Shown: positions 18,916 to 30,559, numbered from the stretch's first letter. The stretch: DNA of 45,775 nucleotides from an uncultured Rhodocyclaceae bacterium (GCA_964486795.1 CAZAOQ010000002.1:1-45775); one strand, 5' to 3'. Notes: generated by a model not told the origin, from the letters alone. Program-made: numbers and translations.

Positions 18916-19716
18916 TCAGCCGATGCGGCGCGGACCAAACGGCGTGTTCTCCTTGCCGCGATTGCGCGCCAGGGCGACACGCTGATTGGCCCGGGCGATG
19001 ATGCGCCGCTGCCAGCGCCGCTCAGCGCGCAGCGCGCCGGCGTCGTCTGAGGCATATGCGCGCTGCAGCAGAAACTTGCCTGCCGCGACGGCATCGGGTG
19101 AACGGCTGATGATCTCGGCAACCAGGCGTCGTGCGTGCGCCAGCGGGTCGCTGCTGATGTGGGTGACGAGCCCGAGCCGATGCGCTTCAACTGCGTCGAT
19201 CACCCTCCCCGTCATCGTCAGCTCCTTGGCAATATCCATCGGTACAAGGTCGCGGAGCAGTGGCGTGCCGCCCATGTCCGGCACCAGTCCCCACTTCGCT
19301 TCCATCAGAGAGTAGTGTGCATCGGGCGCGCTGATGCGAATGTCAGCGGCCAACGCAAGCTGCAGGCCGGCGCCAAAGCAGTTGCCATGCACGACGGCAA
19401 TCACTGGTACGCCGATGTCGCGCCAGCCGACACTCCAGCGCTGAAAATCGTTACGCCACGGCAAGTAGAGTTGCAGCGCCATCAGAGCGGCTTTCAGCGG
19501 TTTGCCGAGCACGCTCTTGAAGTCGAGGCCGGCGCAGAACGATGGCCCATCACCCAGCAGAATCACGGCACGAATATCGCGTCGCCGCCGCAACTGGCGC
19601 TGCGCACGCAGCATTGCACGCAGCATAGGAAAATCGACGCCGTTATGCTTGTCGGGGCGATGCAGGTGCACCCAGGCAATGTCTCCCTCGATTTCAACCC
19701 GCAGGCATTCGCTCAT
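18916..19716 (-). CDS. Crotonase-superfamily protein (enoyl-CoA hydratase/isomerase; dienoyl-CoA isomerase-like residues)
   Basis: HRPDKHN, FCAGLDF, GNCFGAGLQLAL.ADIR, MEAKWGLVPDMGG; RBS gagga before ATG 19716. Confidence 0.88.
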   Translation of the reverse strand: MSECLRVEIEGDIAWVHLHRPDKHNGVDFPMLRAMLRAQRQLRRRRDIRAVILLGDGPSFCAGLDFKSVLGKPLKAALMALQLYLPWRNDFQRWSVGWRDIGVPVIAVVHGNCFGAGLQLALAADIRISAPDAHYSLMEAKWGLVPDMGGTPLLRDLVPMDIAKELTMTGRVIDAVEAHRLGLVTHISSDPLAHARRLVAEIISRSPDAVAAGKFLLQRAYASDDAGALRAERRWQRRIIARANQRVALARNRGKENTPFGPRRIG

Positions 19717-19741
19717 TCCGTCCTCACCTTTTTCCCACTTT

Positions 19742-22268
<2,527 letters not shown>

Positions 22269-22307
22269 GGAAATCGTTCCGGATGCAATAAAAGGAAGCT
22301 ACGGCTG

Positions 22308-22329
22308 ATTTGTTTTAAACAAAACAAAT
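22308..22329. promoter_or_regulatory. Palindrome in divergent promoter region (candidate operator)
   Basis: ATTTGTTTT-aaac-AAAACAAAT, perfect 9-bp arms. Confidence 0.45.
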
Positions 22330-22415
22330 GATTGTTCGCAGCTTAGCCACTGTTTTTACATCATAAAGCATTTATACTCGGCGGCACCCGAGCATATTGA
22401 ACAAAAGGCTTTTGC

Positions 22416-24080
22416 ATGCGATATGACTATGATTACATCGTGATCGGCTCCGGTTTCGGCGGCAGTGTTTCTGCCTTGCGTCTTGCTGAAAAAGGCTACA
22501 AGGTTGGCGTCATGGAAATGGGCAAACGTTGGACGCCCGAGACCTTGCCGGAGAGCAACTGGTCGCTGTCGAAATGGCTCTGGATGCCACGCTTCGGCCT
22601 ACGCGGCTTTTTCAACATCAGCCTGTTCAAACGGGTCATCGTTCTACATGGCAATGCCGTCGGCGGCGGCTCGATCACCTATGCCAATGTGCTTCTGGTG
22701 CCGCCAGAGCACATCTGGGACCAAGGCAGCTGGGCCGGACTCAACGACTGGAAAGCGGTGATTCCGCAGCATTACGCCACGGCGCAACGCATGTTGGGGG
22801 TCACAGAAAACCGGCTGCTCGGCCCGTCTGATCATCGTCTGCGTGAAATGGCGAAGACCATCGGTGTTGAGAACAGCTTCTATGCCACCCGGGTCGGCGT
22901 CTATTTCGGTGAGGATGGCGATGCCCCCGGCACGATACGGCCTGATCCATTTTTCGAAGGCAAGGGGCCACAGCGAACCTCCTGCATCGGCTGCGGTGCC
23001 TGTATGGTCGGTTGCCGCTACAACGCGAAGAACACACTGGACAAGAACTACCTCTATCTGGCGGAACAGCTCGGTGCGAAAGTCCATGAGGAAACTCGTG
23101 TGGTGGATGTCCGTCCGCTCAACAGCCAGGCCGACGGTGCGGACGGTGCGGACGGTGCCGACGGTTATGAGATCGTCACTGAGTCCAGCAAGCTTGGATT
23201 GTCGCGTGGCAAGACACGCTTGACCTGCCGCGGCGTCATCTTCTCGGCCTCATCTCTCGGCACCCAGTCTCTGCTCTTCCGGCTGAGACAGGACGGTTCC
23301 TTGCCGAAGATCTCGGATGCGCTTGGCAAGAAGGTGCGCACCAATGCCGAATCACTGATCGGCGTGCGCTTTCCTGGCAGCAAGGTGGATCTTTCCGAAG
23401 GAATTGCGATCGGCTCGGGAATCTACATCGACCAGCACACGCACATCGAGACAACGCGTTATCCGGCCGGTTCCGACGCGATGGGGCTGCTCAGCACCCT
23501 GATGGCGACCGGCTGGCCGCGCTGGCCCCGCCTGCGGCCACTGGCTTGGTTGCTGACGCTGATCAAGCTGCTTCTGACACGGCCGATCACAACGCTACGC
23601 ATGCTCTGGCCGATTGGCTACGCCCGCGAAACGATGATCCTTCTTTGCATGCAGACGCTCGAAGGCCACCTTGACATGAGCCTGAAGCGGCCCTGGTACT
23701 GGCCTTTTTCCCGGCTGCTGGTCAGTGAAGGTGAGCGTATTCCCGCCTGCATTCCCGCAGCAAACGAGTTCGCCCGCAAGGCTGCAGCGGCGACCGGCGG
23801 CGTGCCCGCGAATTTCGTTCCGGAGGTCTTTCTCAATATCCCCGCTACCGCCCACTGCATGGGTGGTGCTGCGATCGGACGCAATCGGCAGGAAGGTGTC
23901 TGCGACGGCAAGAACCGTGTCTACGGTTATCGCAATATGTACATCTGTGACGGTGCGATGCTCGGGGCCAATCTGGGAGTCAATCCCAGCCTGACGATTA
24001 CTGCGCTCACCGAACACGCCATGAGCCATATTCCGCCGGCCACCGAACAGCGTTGGGATGCCATCGGCACCGAGTCGTAG
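22416..24080 (+). CDS. GMC-family oxidoreductase, ChoD/cholesterol-oxidase-like
   Basis: IVIGSGFGGSVSALRL, VGGGSITYAN, CIGCGACMVGCRYNAKNTLD, TAHCMGGA, VNPSLTI; no signal peptide. Confidence 0.88.
   Translation: MRYDYDYIVIGSGFGGSVSALRLAEKGYKVGVMEMGKRWTPETLPESNWSLSKWLWMPRFGLRGFFNISLFKRVIVLHGNAVGGGSITYANVLLVPPEHIWDQGSWAGLNDWKAVIPQHYATAQRMLGVTENRLLGPSDHRLREMAKTIGVENSFYATRVGVYFGEDGDAPGTIRPDPFFEGKGPQRTSCIGCGACMVGCRYNAKNTLDKNYLYLAEQLGAKVHEETRVVDVRPLNSQADGADGADGADGYEIVTESSKLGLSRGKTRLTCRGVIFSASSLGTQSLLFRLRQDGSLPKISDALGKKVRTNAESLIGVRFPGSKVDLSEGIAIGSGIYIDQHTHIETTRYPAGSDAMGLLSTLMATGWPRWPRLRPLAWLLTLIKLLLTRPITTLRMLWPIGYARETMILLCMQTLEGHLDMSLKRPWYWPFSRLLVSEGERIPACIPAANEFARKAAAATGGVPANFVPEVFLNIPATAHCMGGAAIGRNRQEGVCDGKNRVYGYRNMYICDGAMLGANLGVNPSLTITALTEHAMSHIPPATEQRWDAIGTES
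23130..23165 (+). repeat. 9-bp tandem repeat (GCSGACGGT)x4 encoding (ADG)4
   Basis: gccgacggt gcggacggt gcggacggt gccgacggt. Confidence 0.9.
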
Positions 24081-24135
24081 CGGTTGATGTCGTGATTATC
24101 AGCAGCAAGCGTTAGAGACCGGCCTGCACCGATCG

Positions 24136-24258
24136 GCCAGGATCAAGCAAAGACGGGCATCTTCAAGGTCCACCTCGCCAGAATCAAGCATTGATGCGCT
24201 TCTCGAAGAAGCGCCGCGCCAAGATCAAGCATTGACGCGGCTTCCAGGCAAGGCCATA
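24136..24258. repeat. Degenerate tandem repeat, 41-bp period, ~3 units
   Basis: Units start at 24136, 24177 and 24218 with core GCCARRATCAAGCA(WW)GAYG. Confidence 0.7.
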
Positions 24259-24286
24259 AACGATATCGACCTTGCCAGAGCCTGCC

Positions 24287-25033
24287 TCAGGCGGCTGTTG
24301 CGCGCTGTCTTCTTGCCTCGAACAGACAGATTCCGCTCGCGACCGAGACGTTGAGGCTTTCGACGCTGCCGAGCATGGGAATGCGTGCGAGTTGGTCGCA
24401 ATTCTCACGCGTCAAACGGCGCAGACCATCACCTTCAGAACCAAGTACCCAGGCGAGGGGGCCGCGCTGATCGACCGAATACAAGTCGGCCTCGGCCTCG
24501 CCAGCTGCACCGACGGTATAGATGTTGCGCTCCTGCAGTTCGCGCAGTGTGCGCGCGAGGTTGGTCACGGTGATGTACGGCACCGTTTCGGCGGCGCCAC
24601 TGGCAACCTTGATGGCGGTGGCATTCAGGCCACAGGCTCGGTCTTTGGGAACAATCAAGGCATTTGCGCCAGCGGCGTCGGCGACGCGCAGGCAGGCACC
24701 GAGATTGTGTGGATCTTGAACGCCGTCGAGGACCAGCAGCAGTGCGGACTCCGTAAGCGTATCGAGCACGTCATCGAGCTTGAGGCTGCGCTGCACGCCG
24801 CTGACTAGCGCGACGACGCCCTGATGCCGCGCGTTGCCGCCGGCCATGCCGTCGAGGCGTGCCGGGTCAGCGGGGATCAGGCGCACATCATGGAGTTCGG
24901 CAAGCTTGATGAGGTCGCGGGCGCGCGCGTCCTGGCGATTCCGGTCGATGAAAATTTCAGCGACATCATCCGGGCTGTGACGCAGCTTGGCGGTGACGGA
25001 GTGAAATCCATAAATGAAACGGCGTTCAGACAC
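24287..25033 (-). CDS. rlmB: 23S rRNA (guanosine-2251-2'-O)-methyltransferase
   Basis: HQGVVA, LDGVQDPHNLGACLR, GSEGDGLR, ESLNVSVA; follows rnr. Confidence 0.95.
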   Translation of the reverse strand: MSERRFIYGFHSVTAKLRHSPDDVAEIFIDRNRQDARARDLIKLAELHDVRLIPADPARLDGMAGGNARHQGVVALVSGVQRSLKLDDVLDTLTESALLLVLDGVQDPHNLGACLRVADAAGANALIVPKDRACGLNATAIKVASGAAETVPYITVTNLARTLRELQERNIYTVGAAGEAEADLYSVDQRGPLAWVLGSEGDGLRRLTRENCDQLARIPMLGSVESLNVSVASGICLFEARRQRATAA

Positions 25034-27647
25034 GGGGCTTTCCTTTCTTTACGCTGGCGCCGCTGCGCGCGACGACAGTCTTATTGCGGCTAGCCTTGGC
25101 CGCCTTGGTTGATTTCGCTGGCTTGGCCTTGGAGGTGCCTGGCGACGATTTTGACTTGGGCTGCTTGGCCGTCTTGGTCGGCTTGCCCGTATTGCCCGGC
25201 TTGCCGGACTTCGCCGGTCTTTCTAGCTTGCCCGTTTGCCCGCGTGATGTCGGCTTTTCCTGCCGGCTCGCCTTGATGGCGGGAACGGGCTCGATCATTT
25301 TTGGTGATGGCATCGGTGTCACCTTGCTACGCGTGGTGCCGCTGCCAGTACCGGCACCTCCAGCCTTTTTGCCCGCTGTGCGAGCGACAGGTTTGTCTTC
25401 GACGAGACGGAAATCGATCTTGTTGGTTTCAAGATCGGCACGCATGACGCGTACACGCACCCGGTCGGCAAGACGGAAGCGCCGCCCGGTACGTTCGCCC
25501 ACCATGACATGGCCGGCTTCGTCGAAATGGAAGTAGTCGGTGCCGAGTTCCGAGACATGCACCAGCCCTTCGACGAAGATCTCGTCGAGGGCGACGAAAA
25601 TACCGAACGGCACCACGGACGAAATGCTGCCTTCGAATTCTTCGCCAATGCGGTCCTGCATGTAATAGCACCTGAGCCAGGCTTCAACGTCGCGCGTCGC
25701 ATCATCGGCGCGGCGCTCGGTCATCGAACAGTGAAGGCCGATTTTTTCCCAAGCACTCTCAGTACTCTCACCCGGTTCGGCACTGGGCTGGTACTTCGTT
25801 TTGGTCAACACGGCCTTGATGGCGCGGTGAATCAGAAGGTCGGGATAGCGCCGGATCGGTGAAGTGAAATGCGTGTAAGAGTCGTATGAAAGGCCGAAGT
25901 GGCCGACATTCTCCGGGCTGTACACCGCCTGGCGCAGCGAGCGCAGCATGACCGTTTGCAGAAGCTGCTTGTCGGGTCGCCCCTGGAGTTGCCCCAGAAG
26001 CTCGGCATAGTGCTTGGCGCCCGGTGCATCACCACCACCAATCTGCAGACCGAAGCCACCGAGAAATTCACGCAATCTTTTCAGGCGCTCGGCGGTTGGT
26101 CCTTGATGAACACGATAAAGCGCCGGTTGACGTTGCACCTGAAGGAACGCAGACGAGCAAACGTTGGCCGCGAGCATGCATTCCTCGATGATCCGGTGCG
26201 CTTCGTTGCGTTCGGTGGCGATGATGCACTCGATCTTGCCGTTGTCATCGAAGATCATCTGTGTTTCAGCTGTCTCGAAGTCGATGGCGCCACGTTTGCC
26301 ACGTGCCTTAAACAGCACCCGGTAGAGCGCGTCGAGATTTTCCAACTGTGGCAGCAGCGGGCTGAGTCGCTCACGCGTCGCGGCATCGGCGTCGTAAAGC
26401 GCTGCGGCGACTTCCGTATAAGTGAGACGCGCATGCGAGAACATCACGGCGGGATAGAAGCGATAGCTGTCGATGACGCCGCTATCGGTGATGATCATGT
26501 CGCAGACCATGCAGAGCCGCTCAACCTGGGGATTCAGCGAGCACAGGCCATTTGAGAGTTTTTCCGGCAGCATCGGAATCACGCGGCGCGGGAAGTAGAC
26601 GGAGTTGCCGCGGCTGCGTGCATCAAGATCGAGCGGGCCTTCGGGATCAACGTAATAAGACACATCGGCAATCGCTACGAGCAGACGGAATAGGCCCGTA
26701 CTCTTGCCGCTACCCGGCAGGCGCTCGCAATAGACGGCATCGTCAAAGTCGCGCGCCGTTTCGCCGTCGATGGTGACGAGCGGCAGATGGGTGATGTCCT
26801 CGCGTCCCTTCCAGTCGAGCTTGCGCACCTTGAGCGGCAGCTTCTTCGCCTCCGCTTCTGCAGCCTGCGAGAACTCGAAGGGCAGTTCATGCTTGCGCAG
26901 GGCAATCTCGATTTCCATACCGGGATCGGCGTAATTACCAAGCACCTCGGTAATTCGACCGATGGGCTGCGCATGGTAGCGCGGCTGCTCGATGATCTCG
27001 ACCATCACCACTTGGCCTGGCCGTACCGTATCGGACAGTTTGGCGCCGTTCTCCGGTGCGGCAAGCAGGATGTCCTGACTGATACGCCGATTCTCTGCAA
27101 CGACGAACCAGACACCATGCTCGTTAAATACACGACCCACTACGCGGGTGCAGCGTCGCTCCAGTACCTCGACGAGCTTGCCCTCCGGCCGGCCACGCCG
27201 GTCGACGCCGATCACACGAGCGATGGCCCGGTCGCCGTGCATCACGGTTTCCATTTCACGAGGCCCCAGGAAGATGTCAGCTGGATACTCGGTCTTGTCT
27301 TCGGGGATGAGAAAGCCGAAGCCATCCGGGTGACCTTCGATACGACCACGGATGAGTGCCGCCTTGGCCGGCAGCAACCACGCGCCGGCGCGGTTTTGCA
27401 TTAATTGCCCGGCACGCCCCATTGCGTCGAGTCGACGGCGGAAAGCTTCGAGTTCATCAGGACGCACCTCAAGTGCCTCACAGATGTGCGCAAACTCGAG
27501 CGGCACGCCGCTCTTCTCCAGCGTTTCAAGAATGTATTCGCGGCTTGGCAGCGGGTTTTCGTACTTTGCCGTTTCCCGTGCCAGTTGCGGATCCGCACGA
27601 CGCACGCGGCTGAGACTAGCCGTCGACTTGTTATTTTTCTTTGACAA
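25026..27647 (-). CDS. rnr: Ribonuclease R
   Basis: GHPDGFGF, TIDGETARDFDDA, HFTSPIRRYPDL, S1 domain, basic C-terminal tail. Confidence 0.95.
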   Translation of the reverse strand: MSKKNNKSTASLSRVRRADPQLARETAKYENPLPSREYILETLEKSGVPLEFAHICEALEVRPDELEAFRRRLDAMGRAGQLMQNRAGAWLLPAKAALIRGRIEGHPDGFGFLIPEDKTEYPADIFLGPREMETVMHGDRAIARVIGVDRRGRPEGKLVEVLERRCTRVVGRVFNEHGVWFVVAENRRISQDILLAAPENGAKLSDTVRPGQVVMVEIIEQPRYHAQPIGRITEVLGNYADPGMEIEIALRKHELPFEFSQAAEAEAKKLPLKVRKLDWKGREDITHLPLVTIDGETARDFDDAVYCERLPGSGKSTGLFRLLVAIADVSYYVDPEGPLDLDARSRGNSVYFPRRVIPMLPEKLSNGLCSLNPQVERLCMVCDMIITDSGVIDSYRFYPAVMFSHARLTYTEVAAALYDADAATRERLSPLLPQLENLDALYRVLFKARGKRGAIDFETAETQMIFDDNGKIECIIATERNEAHRIIEECMLAANVCSSAFLQVQRQPALYRVHQGPTAERLKRLREFLGGFGLQIGGGDAPGAKHYAELLGQLQGRPDKQLLQTVMLRSLRQAVYSPENVGHFGLSYDSYTHFTSPIRRYPDLLIHRAIKAVLTKTKYQPSAEPGESTESAWEKIGLHCSMTERRADDATRDVEAWLRCYYMQDRIGEEFEGSISSVVPFGIFVALDEIFVEGLVHVSELGTDYFHFDEAGHVMVGERTGRRFRLADRVRVRVMRADLETNKIDFRLVEDKPVARTAGKKAGGAGTGSGTTRSKVTPMPSPKMIEPVPAIKASRQEKPTSRGQTGKLERPAKSGKPGNTGKPTKTAKQPKSKSSPGTSKAKPAKSTKAAKASRNKTVVARSGASVKKGKPRV

Positions 27648-27668
27648 TTCGCTAATTCCTTATATAAT
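27641..27668 (+). promoter_or_regulatory. Sigma70 promoter of tRNA-Leu
   Basis: TTGACA (27641-27646), 16-nt spacer, TATAAT (27663-27668), followed by a GC-rich discriminator. Confidence 0.8.
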
Positions 27669-27691
27669 TCGCGGCTCTTGATTTTCGCACT

Positions 27692-27778
27692 GCCCAGGTG
27701 GCGAAATTGGTAGACGCGCTAGGTTCAGGTCCTAGTGGTGGCAACACTGTGGAGGTTCGAGTCCTCTCCTGGGCACCA
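27692..27778 (+). tRNA. tRNA-Leu(CAG)
   Basis: Acceptor GCCCAGG/CCTGGGC-A-CCA, D-loop TTGGTAGA, anticodon arm CTAGG-ttCAGgt-CCTAG, long variable arm, GTTCGAGT T-loop. Confidence 0.97.
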
Positions 27779-27785
27779 AAAAATT

Positions 27786-27812
27786 CACCAGCATCACCAG
27801 CATCACCAGCAA
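27786..27812 (+). repeat. 9-bp tandem repeat (CACCAGCAW)x3 just after the tRNA
   Basis: caccagcat caccagcat caccagcaa. Confidence 0.85.
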
Positions 27813-27827
27813 CAAGTAATAAAGAAC

Positions 27828-27865
27828 AAAGCAAAACGCCCTGCCTAGCCAGGGCGTTTTGCTTT
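27828..27865. terminator. Intrinsic terminator downstream of tRNA-Leu (likely bidirectional)
   Basis: AAAGCAAAACGCCCTG-cctagc-CAGGGCGTTTTGCTTT. Confidence 0.85.
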
Positions 27866-27940
27866 CCGGGCACAGCGATACACATGGTGTGCCCGATATA
27901 CCGTTGAGCTTTCGCCCGTCTTGCAGGCGTGTCAATCGCG

Positions 27941-28354
27941 TCAATCCGCCAGCCTCTTCCAGAAGCCTGGGCCCCACTTGCACAATTCACGTGCTGTGGC
28001 GTACATACCTTCACCTGCAAACAACTTGGCGGGGGCTTCCCATTCAGACTTGCCCGCAGCAGAAACTGACTTGACCCGAGCCATCTCGTGAGTCTCGCAA
28101 TTGATCGCGACCTCATCGATCACGCGGGAATCGGACATTTCAACCGATGCATAGACCTTGAAGCGGATGACGTCGCCGTCACGCTCGATCTTCTCAGCGT
28201 CGTAATAACCGCTGCCCCCGGTCACCGGCGTGCGCACGGCCTTTTCCACCGCGCCCCACTTGGGGCTGTCATCGGCACCATGGCTGAGAACAGGTAGCAA
28301 CAAGGCACCGACACAGGGTAGCAGCGCGACCATCTTGAATTTGAACTTGAACAT
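27941..28354 (-). CDS. Small exported hypothetical protein (possibly surface-adhesin-E-like fold)
   Basis: RBS tggag before ATG 28354; signal peptide ending SHG-A; YYD..KIER.GD...INC...ELC two-Cys pattern; family call is tentative. Confidence 0.6.
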   Translation of the reverse strand: MFKFKFKMVALLPCVGALLLPVLSHGADDSPKWGAVEKAVRTPVTGGSGYYDAEKIERDGDVIRFKVYASVEMSDSRVIDEVAINCETHEMARVKSVSAAGKSEWEAPAKLFAGEGMYATARELCKWGPGFWKRLAD

Positions 28355-28376
28355 GAGCAGAAATCTCCAGTGAATG

Positions 28377-28841
28377 TCAGTGATGATGACCGTGCGCACC
28401 GTGAGCATGGCGATGTTCGATCTCGTCAGCTGTCGCTGGACGAACTGACATCACGCTGCACGAAAAAATCAGCGACTTGCCGGCAAGGGGGTGATTGCCG
28501 TCGACCACCACGGTGTCACCTTCAACGTCGGTGACCATGACCATGCCACCATCTTCACGCTCCAGCTGCATGCCGGGCTGTATTTCGGGAGGGAACATGT
28601 CGCGCGACTCGATGCTGACCAGCTCAGCGTCGTATTCACCGAAGGCCTCATCAGGCTGCAGCTTGACCTGAAGCTTGTCGCCGATCGTCTTGCCTTCCAG
28701 GCCTTCCTCGATATCGCGAAAGATATCGTCGTAGCCGCCATGCAGATAGACGAGCTTTTCAGAGCCGTCGTCGACCACTTCCCCATCGCTGTCATGAACC
28801 TGGTAGTCGAGCGTTACGACGGTATTTTTTTCGATTTGCAT
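28377..28841 (-). CDS. slyD: FKBP-type peptidyl-prolyl isomerase SlyD
   Basis: MQIEKNTVVTLDY, YLHGG, PDEAFGEYD, VDGNHPLAG, His-rich tail. Confidence 0.93.
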   Translation of the reverse strand: MQIEKNTVVTLDYQVHDSDGEVVDDGSEKLVYLHGGYDDIFRDIEEGLEGKTIGDKLQVKLQPDEAFGEYDAELVSIESRDMFPPEIQPGMQLEREDGGMVMVTDVEGDTVVVDGNHPLAGKSLIFSCSVMSVRPATADEIEHRHAHGAHGHHH

Positions 28842-29317
28842 GGCTTCTCCAATTGTTTTACGAGTTGCAATATTTCAGCGGCATGGCCGCGGGGTTTAAC
28901 GTCGTACAGCGCATGACGCAGAATGCCTTGACTGTCGATGATGAAGGTCGAGTTCACAACGCAGAGCTTCTCCATGCCATCCCGTTCCTTCATCTGATAG
29001 ACACCGTATCGCCGGCTGATGGCGCCATCATCGTCGGCCAGCAAACGTACCGACAGACCGTGTTTATCGCGAAACTCGGCGTGACTCAGACAGTCGTCAC
29101 GACTGACACCAAGGATCACGCATTCTCGCTGAGTAAAGTCGTCCTCATGGTCGCTGAAGTCGATTGCCTCACGTGTACAAAATGGCGTGTCATCGCGCGG
29201 GTAGAAAAATAGCACCACGTGCTTCTTGCCACGCAGCGATGCCAGCGAAAAGGATTCCATGTCGGCGTCGGACAAGGTGAACACTGGAGCGGGTTGACCG
29301 ATTTTCAGCAATCTCAT
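28814..29317 (-). CDS. bcp: Peroxiredoxin, BCP/PrxQ family
   Basis: FFYPRDDTPFCTRE peroxidatic motif, GVSRD, STFIID. Confidence 0.85.
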   Translation of the reverse strand: MRLLKIGQPAPVFTLSDADMESFSLASLRGKKHVVLFFYPRDDTPFCTREAIDFSDHEDDFTQRECVILGVSRDDCLSHAEFRDKHGLSVRLLADDDGAISRRYGVYQMKERDGMEKLCVVNSTFIIDSQGILRHALYDVKPRGHAAEILQLVKQLEKPCKSKKIPS

Positions 29318-29400
29318 TCCCCATCATCAACAAACGACGCGGGAATTTTACCCGAGTTGTCTGGTGGAATAGAAAAATCAAGTAACGCTGCGTTGAACAC

Positions 29401-30534
29401 TCACTCTTCAACATGCACTACGTCATCGCGCCGGTGAACGCTGGCGAGATATTCGTGCGAGCGCATCTCGATCAGACGGCTGACCGTCCGATGGAATTCG
29501 CTGGCCTGCGTGCCGGCAACGTAGACTTCCTCGGCCGCACACTCGGCGCTGACAATGAACTTGACACGATGATCGTAGAGAACATCAACCAGCCAGGTGA
29601 AACGCCGCGCTTCGCTGGCCTGCTCGGCGCTCATGCGCGGCACGCCGGAGAGAAATACGGTATGAAAGCGCTGCGCCAGATCGAGATAGTCATTCTGCGA
29701 GCGAAAGCCGCCACACAACGTGGCAAAGTCAAACCAGATCACACCCGGTGCCCGACGCAAGGGCTGAACATCACGGTTGAGCAGCTTGATTGGCCGCGTA
29801 TGTCCCTCACCACCAGCGAGCTGACGGAAGGTCTCCATCATTTTCTGATCAGCCGCAGCGTCAGCGGGTGCAAGGAAAGTTTCAGCCTGCTCCAATGTAC
29901 GCAAACGATAGTCGATGCCGGCATCGACCTCAATGACGTCGAGCCGCTCCTTCAATAGCGCGATCGCAGGCAGAAATAGCTGGCGTTGCAATCCCCCCGG
30001 GTAAAGCTCGTCCGGCGGGTAATTAGAGGTGATGCAGAAAATGACGCCGGCCTTGAAAAGTGCCTCCATCAACCGCCCGAGAATCATTGCGTCGGCAATG
30101 TCCGAGATGTGGAATTCGTCGAAGCAAAGGAGCCTGGTTTCTTTGGCCACCTGTTCTGCCACACGTGCCAGAGGGTCGGCTTCGCTCTTGAATTCGCGCA
30201 GTCGCTCGTGAACTTCGCGCATAAAACCGTGGAAATGCACGCGACGTTTGCGCTGATAGGGTACGGCTGCGTAGAAACAATCCATCAGGAAGCTCTTACC
30301 GCGACCCACACCGCCCCAGAACCAGACGCCACGCGGCAGCTTAGGATGCACCAGCAATTTGCGCAATGAACTCCGGCGTGAAGCCTTGAAAGAAATCAGA
30401 CCATCATAAAACTCCTGCAAGCGCACGGCAGCGGCATGCTGAGCGGGGTCGGCGACGCTGCCGCGCTCCTTGAGCGCAGCCTCGAACGCATCGATCATGC
30501 CGTTCTTCGGGACGCCCAGTATCCGGTAAGGCAA
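29401..30534 (-). CDS. zapE: AFG1/ZapE family ATPase
   Basis: Walker A GGVGRGKS, LCFDEF, TSNYPP, RRFTWLVDVLYD, RTVSRLIEM. Confidence 0.93.
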   Translation of the reverse strand: MPYRILGVPKNGMIDAFEAALKERGSVADPAQHAAAVRLQEFYDGLISFKASRRSSLRKLLVHPKLPRGVWFWGGVGRGKSFLMDCFYAAVPYQRKRRVHFHGFMREVHERLREFKSEADPLARVAEQVAKETRLLCFDEFHISDIADAMILGRLMEALFKAGVIFCITSNYPPDELYPGGLQRQLFLPAIALLKERLDVIEVDAGIDYRLRTLEQAETFLAPADAAADQKMMETFRQLAGGEGHTRPIKLLNRDVQPLRRAPGVIWFDFATLCGGFRSQNDYLDLAQRFHTVFLSGVPRMSAEQASEARRFTWLVDVLYDHRVKFIVSAECAAEEVYVAGTQASEFHRTVSRLIEMRSHEYLASVHRRDDVVHVEE

Positions 30535-30559
30535 TGGAGTTCTCTCTTCAGTTCAAGGA

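Noticed and set aside
24183-24195. ATCAA-gca-TTGAT as an FNR box
   Set aside because: Half-sites are in inverted order with the wrong spacing, and the site lies between convergent genes.
24136-24258. Possible CRISPR mini-array
   Set aside because: Repeats are not identical, the 41-bp period is too short, the 'spacers' resemble each other, and no cas genes are in the window; kept only as a degenerate repeat.
25040-25400. Lys/Pro/Gly-rich low-complexity tail of RNase R
   Set aside because: Basic C-terminal extensions are normal for RNase R.
27692-27940. tRNA-anchored genomic island or attachment site
   Set aside because: No integrase and no duplicated tRNA 3' end seen; the CACCA in the 9-bp repeat is too short to be an att site, and downstream genes are housekeeping.
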